Shown here: positions 15,579 to 18,069 of the stretch, one piece after another | Layout: every line of letters begins with the position of its first letter | How positions within the stretch are numbered: position 1 is the first letter of the stretch | DNA from: Opitutia bacterium | Lineage (GTDB): Bacteria > Verrucomicrobiota > Verrucomicrobiia > Opitutales > T3Sed10-336 | Length of the DNA stretch: 18,069 bases | Reading direction: 5' to 3' | Assembly: GCA_050506795.1 (NCBI GenBank) | Contig: JBJHCF010000063.1 | Span: 1 to 18,069, forward strand | Made by a program: the position numbers and the translations under genes | Notes under the pieces: generated by a model | Told to the model about the DNA's origin: nothing | Database searches by the model: none | Seen by the model: the letters and a program-made list of their open reading frames with translations, nothing else

Positions 15579-16832
15579 ATGAATCACGATAACTCCAAAT
15601 GGCCTAATATGCCCATCGGGGATCTGCTCACGATGGTCCGACGTCCTGTGCCGGTGAAAAAGGACGCGACGTACCGAGAGATCGGTATCCGAAGTCATTG
15701 TAAAGGCATCTTTCACAAGCCTGAAACGACGGGGAAACTAATCGGGGACAAGCGAGTCTTTTGGGTCGAACCCAATTGCCTGGTCCTGAATATAGTTTTC
15801 GCCTGGGAACAGGCCGTGGCAATCACCAGCGATGCGGAGAAAGGCATGATCGCTTCGCACCGATTTCCCATGTTCCGTTCACGGAACGGAAAATTGCTTC
15901 CAGAATAGGCCTGGCGCTATTTCTCGTCACCTCGCGGAAAATACGATCTGAACATTGCTTCACCCTGGGGAGCCGGTCGAAACAAGACTCTTGGACAGGA
16001 GGAGTTTAAGCGACTGAAGATCCCCGTGCCTCCAGTCGAGTATCAGCGGAGGGTGGTGGATATCCTCGCCACCGTCGACCGGGCGATTGACCAAACTCAA
16101 AAGCTCATTGCAGCCAAGCGAAAGCTAAAGAATGGGATTGCCGAGGAGTTGCTGAGTGGGAGGAAGCGGCTTCCAAGATATTCAAGTGAATGGAGATGGA
16201 ATCGTTTCAGCGAAATAGCTACTATACGGCGTGGGGCGTCTCCGCGACCTATCGGAGCGCCCCAATGGTTTTCTGAGAAGGGGCGAGGTTGGGTGCGAAT
16301 TGCGGACGTGACGAAGAGCAAGCCGTTTCTCCGCGAAACCTCTCAATTTCTTTCAAAGGAAGGTGCTGCTAGGAGTGTCTCGGTCGATCCTGGAGATTTG
16401 ATCATGTCTATATGTGCGACGATTGGTGTTCCCCGCATTGTGGAAATACCTGCCTGTATCCATGACGGATTTGTAGTTTTTCGAAACTACGAGAATAAAC
16501 TCGATCGATGGTTCCTTTATCACTACCTCGACTTCATTGCTTCCAGATTATCCTATGGCGGTCAAGCAGGAACGCAAAGCAACTTGAATACCGGACTCGT
16601 TGGCAAAACACGGCTTCCATTGCCCTCCATCGATGAGCAGAATTGTATCGTTGCTGTACTTGACGCAGCTGACCAGCATATCGCTCAGATGGAAAAGAAG
16701 CTCACCGCTCTGCGTGAATTGAAAAGGGGACTGATGGAAACGATGCTGACTCAGAACATAACTGGCGAGACGAAGCCTCAGGCCCGAAGTAGCGCACGCA
16801 TCTTGCGTGCGAAACTCACGCTGGAAGCGTGA
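15579..16832 (+). pseudogene. hsdS: Type I R-M specificity subunit S interrupted by an in-frame TAG (15906-15908)
   Basis: ORFs 15555-15908 and 16026-16832 share a frame, and the gap is open (LLPE*AWRYFSSPRGKYDL...LKIPVPPVEYQRR). Two TRDs, each followed by a P-P..EQ-type conserved helix. Confidence 0.9.
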
Positions 16833-16837
16833 TCTAC
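16762..16837. repeat. Extended REP doublet (tail + B + A), uninterrupted; overlaps the hsdS 3' end
   Basis: CTGGCGAGACGAAGCCTCAGGCCCGAA-GTAGCGCACGCATCTTGCGTGCG-AAAC-TCACGCTGGAAGCGTGATCTAC. Confidence 0.9.
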
Positions 16838-16911
16838 TTTTTCGATTCTAGAAACATGACTCAACGACAACAAGTTTTTCGGATTTCAGCCCTCTACTCA
16901 GAAGAATACGC

Positions 16912-17942
16912 ATGAGTGATACTCTCCTATTTTATCCCAACGATCTTCCCGGTGCGCTCCGAGCTTCTGCGGAGCGGTTGCGGGCTGAAATTATGGAGCT
17001 ATCTCCAGAACGGGTGAACGGAGCGTCCGACGATGAGCTGGTTGACTGTTTTGTGTCGAAATTCCGGATCGAGCCGCTCCATATTTATGGCGACAAGGCA
17101 GAGATGGAACATCAAGAAACCAAAGTCGATGTATCCGGTGACCTAAGACGTGCTGTTTTCGACCGGAGCGATTCAGCCTATGTAAAGGGAGAACATTTTA
17201 TTCTGCATATACCTTTTACAGGCAATCCGGATTTTATACATACGACGCCCAGTCATTCTGATTCCAACCCACCTCGGGGTCGTGTTGAAAAGAACGGGAA
17301 TTCTGGTGGTGTCGTATTGATTTCTTGTTCTCTTCCATCTGATAAGGCGGACGATCAGTATGTAAATTCCTGGATTAAGGATTCGATCAAGACGGTGGAG
17401 AAATACGCCGGGTGGGTTTCGGACGATGTAGGGCGGTTTAATGGTAGTTTGGAGGAAACGGCGCGCAGCGCGATTGAGAAGCGCCGCGAGCAGTTGGAAA
17501 AACAGGGCGCGTTATTGAAGAAGTTGAGTATCCCGATTAAAAAGCGATCAGACGCACCGTCTCCGATTCCGGTGCCTATGCCGAAGCGGGTGGTTAAGCC
17601 GCTACCACCAGGTCGAGTGGTTGAACAGGAATACGGACTTCGTGACGAAGACTACGAATTCATTTTGCGAATCATTCGGCACGTATCTCGGTCCTATGAA
17701 TCGACGCCCCGAGCCTTAACGAAGCTTGCGGAGGAGGATCTGCGTGATCTCGTTCTCGGTAGCCTAAACACGCACTTCGACGGTGGCGCAGCCGGTGAAC
17801 GATTTCGAAAGGGTGGGAAGACGGATATTTGTAATGAGCACGAGAACCGTGCGGCGTTTGTTGCTGAGTGTAAGCTCTGGAAGGGGAAGAAGGCGCTGAA
17901 TGACGCGATGAACCAGTTGCTTGGATATCTGACGTGGCGGGA
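16912..17942 (+). pseudogene. Putative PD-(D/E)xK nuclease-domain protein, 3'-truncated by IS insertion
   Basis: EEDLRD...GKTDI...FVAECKLW...QLLGYLTWRD. After WRD (Asp344) the ORF runs into AT-rich IS sequence until a chance stop at 18027. Confidence 0.7.
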
Positions 17943-18069
17943 CACTAGTGTCCAGTTAAAACCCATTGAATATCAATTGCTTATAATCCATAGGGTCATC
18001 ATTTCTTGTGCTATATTCTGTAAGTAATTGATCGAAAGCTACTTTCTGAAAAACGTTCACGCTCAAAAT
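17943..18069 (-). mobile_element. End of an IS4-family insertion sequence with the transposase C-terminus (17956-18069, partial)
   Basis: Abrupt GC drop; terminus CACTAGTGTCCAGTTAAAA. The minus strand reads ILSVNVFQKVAFDQLLTEYSTRNDDPMDYKQLIFNGF*, resembling IS4-family transposase C-termini, with the stop inside the putative IR. Confidence 0.72.

Noticed and set aside
15906..15908. TAG recoding (pyrrolysine or alternative genetic code)
   Set aside because: TAG serves as the apparent normal stop for yoeB (769-771) and the 333-aa gene (13641-13643); no pyl genes or suppressor tRNA seen.
799..16837. Classical integron attC sites
   Set aside because: The repeats lack RYYYAAC/GTTRRRY ends, occur in both orientations, and no integrase is present.

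Overview
GC-rich bacterial accessory/defence region. Left to right: yefM-yoeB, a convergent AbrB/PIN (vapBC-like) pair, a Zn-ribbon membrane protein, rtcB, a TPR-LuxR regulator with a likely target operon (His-rich TPR lipoprotein and a flavin-dependent monooxygenase), then a type I restriction-modification locus. That locus comprises a short S-like gene, hsdM and an hsdS broken by an in-frame TAG, interleaved with a Fic gene and a nucleotidyltransferase/wHTH gene pair. It ends with a PD-(D/E)xK nuclease-like gene truncated by an IS4-family element at the window edge; no hsdR is present. The most striking unexplained structure is non-coding: every spacer between non-overlapping genes carries a palindromic repeat. 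About 24 GTAG-type REP hairpins sit at 9 sites, mostly as A+B heterodoublets. Three are interrupted by tiny nested inserts, some sit in larger units with IS4-like ends and apparent target duplications, and three other palindrome types fill the remaining spacers. No RAYT, integrase, CRISPR, tRNA or rRNA was recognised. All family calls come from motif recognition by eye, not database searches.
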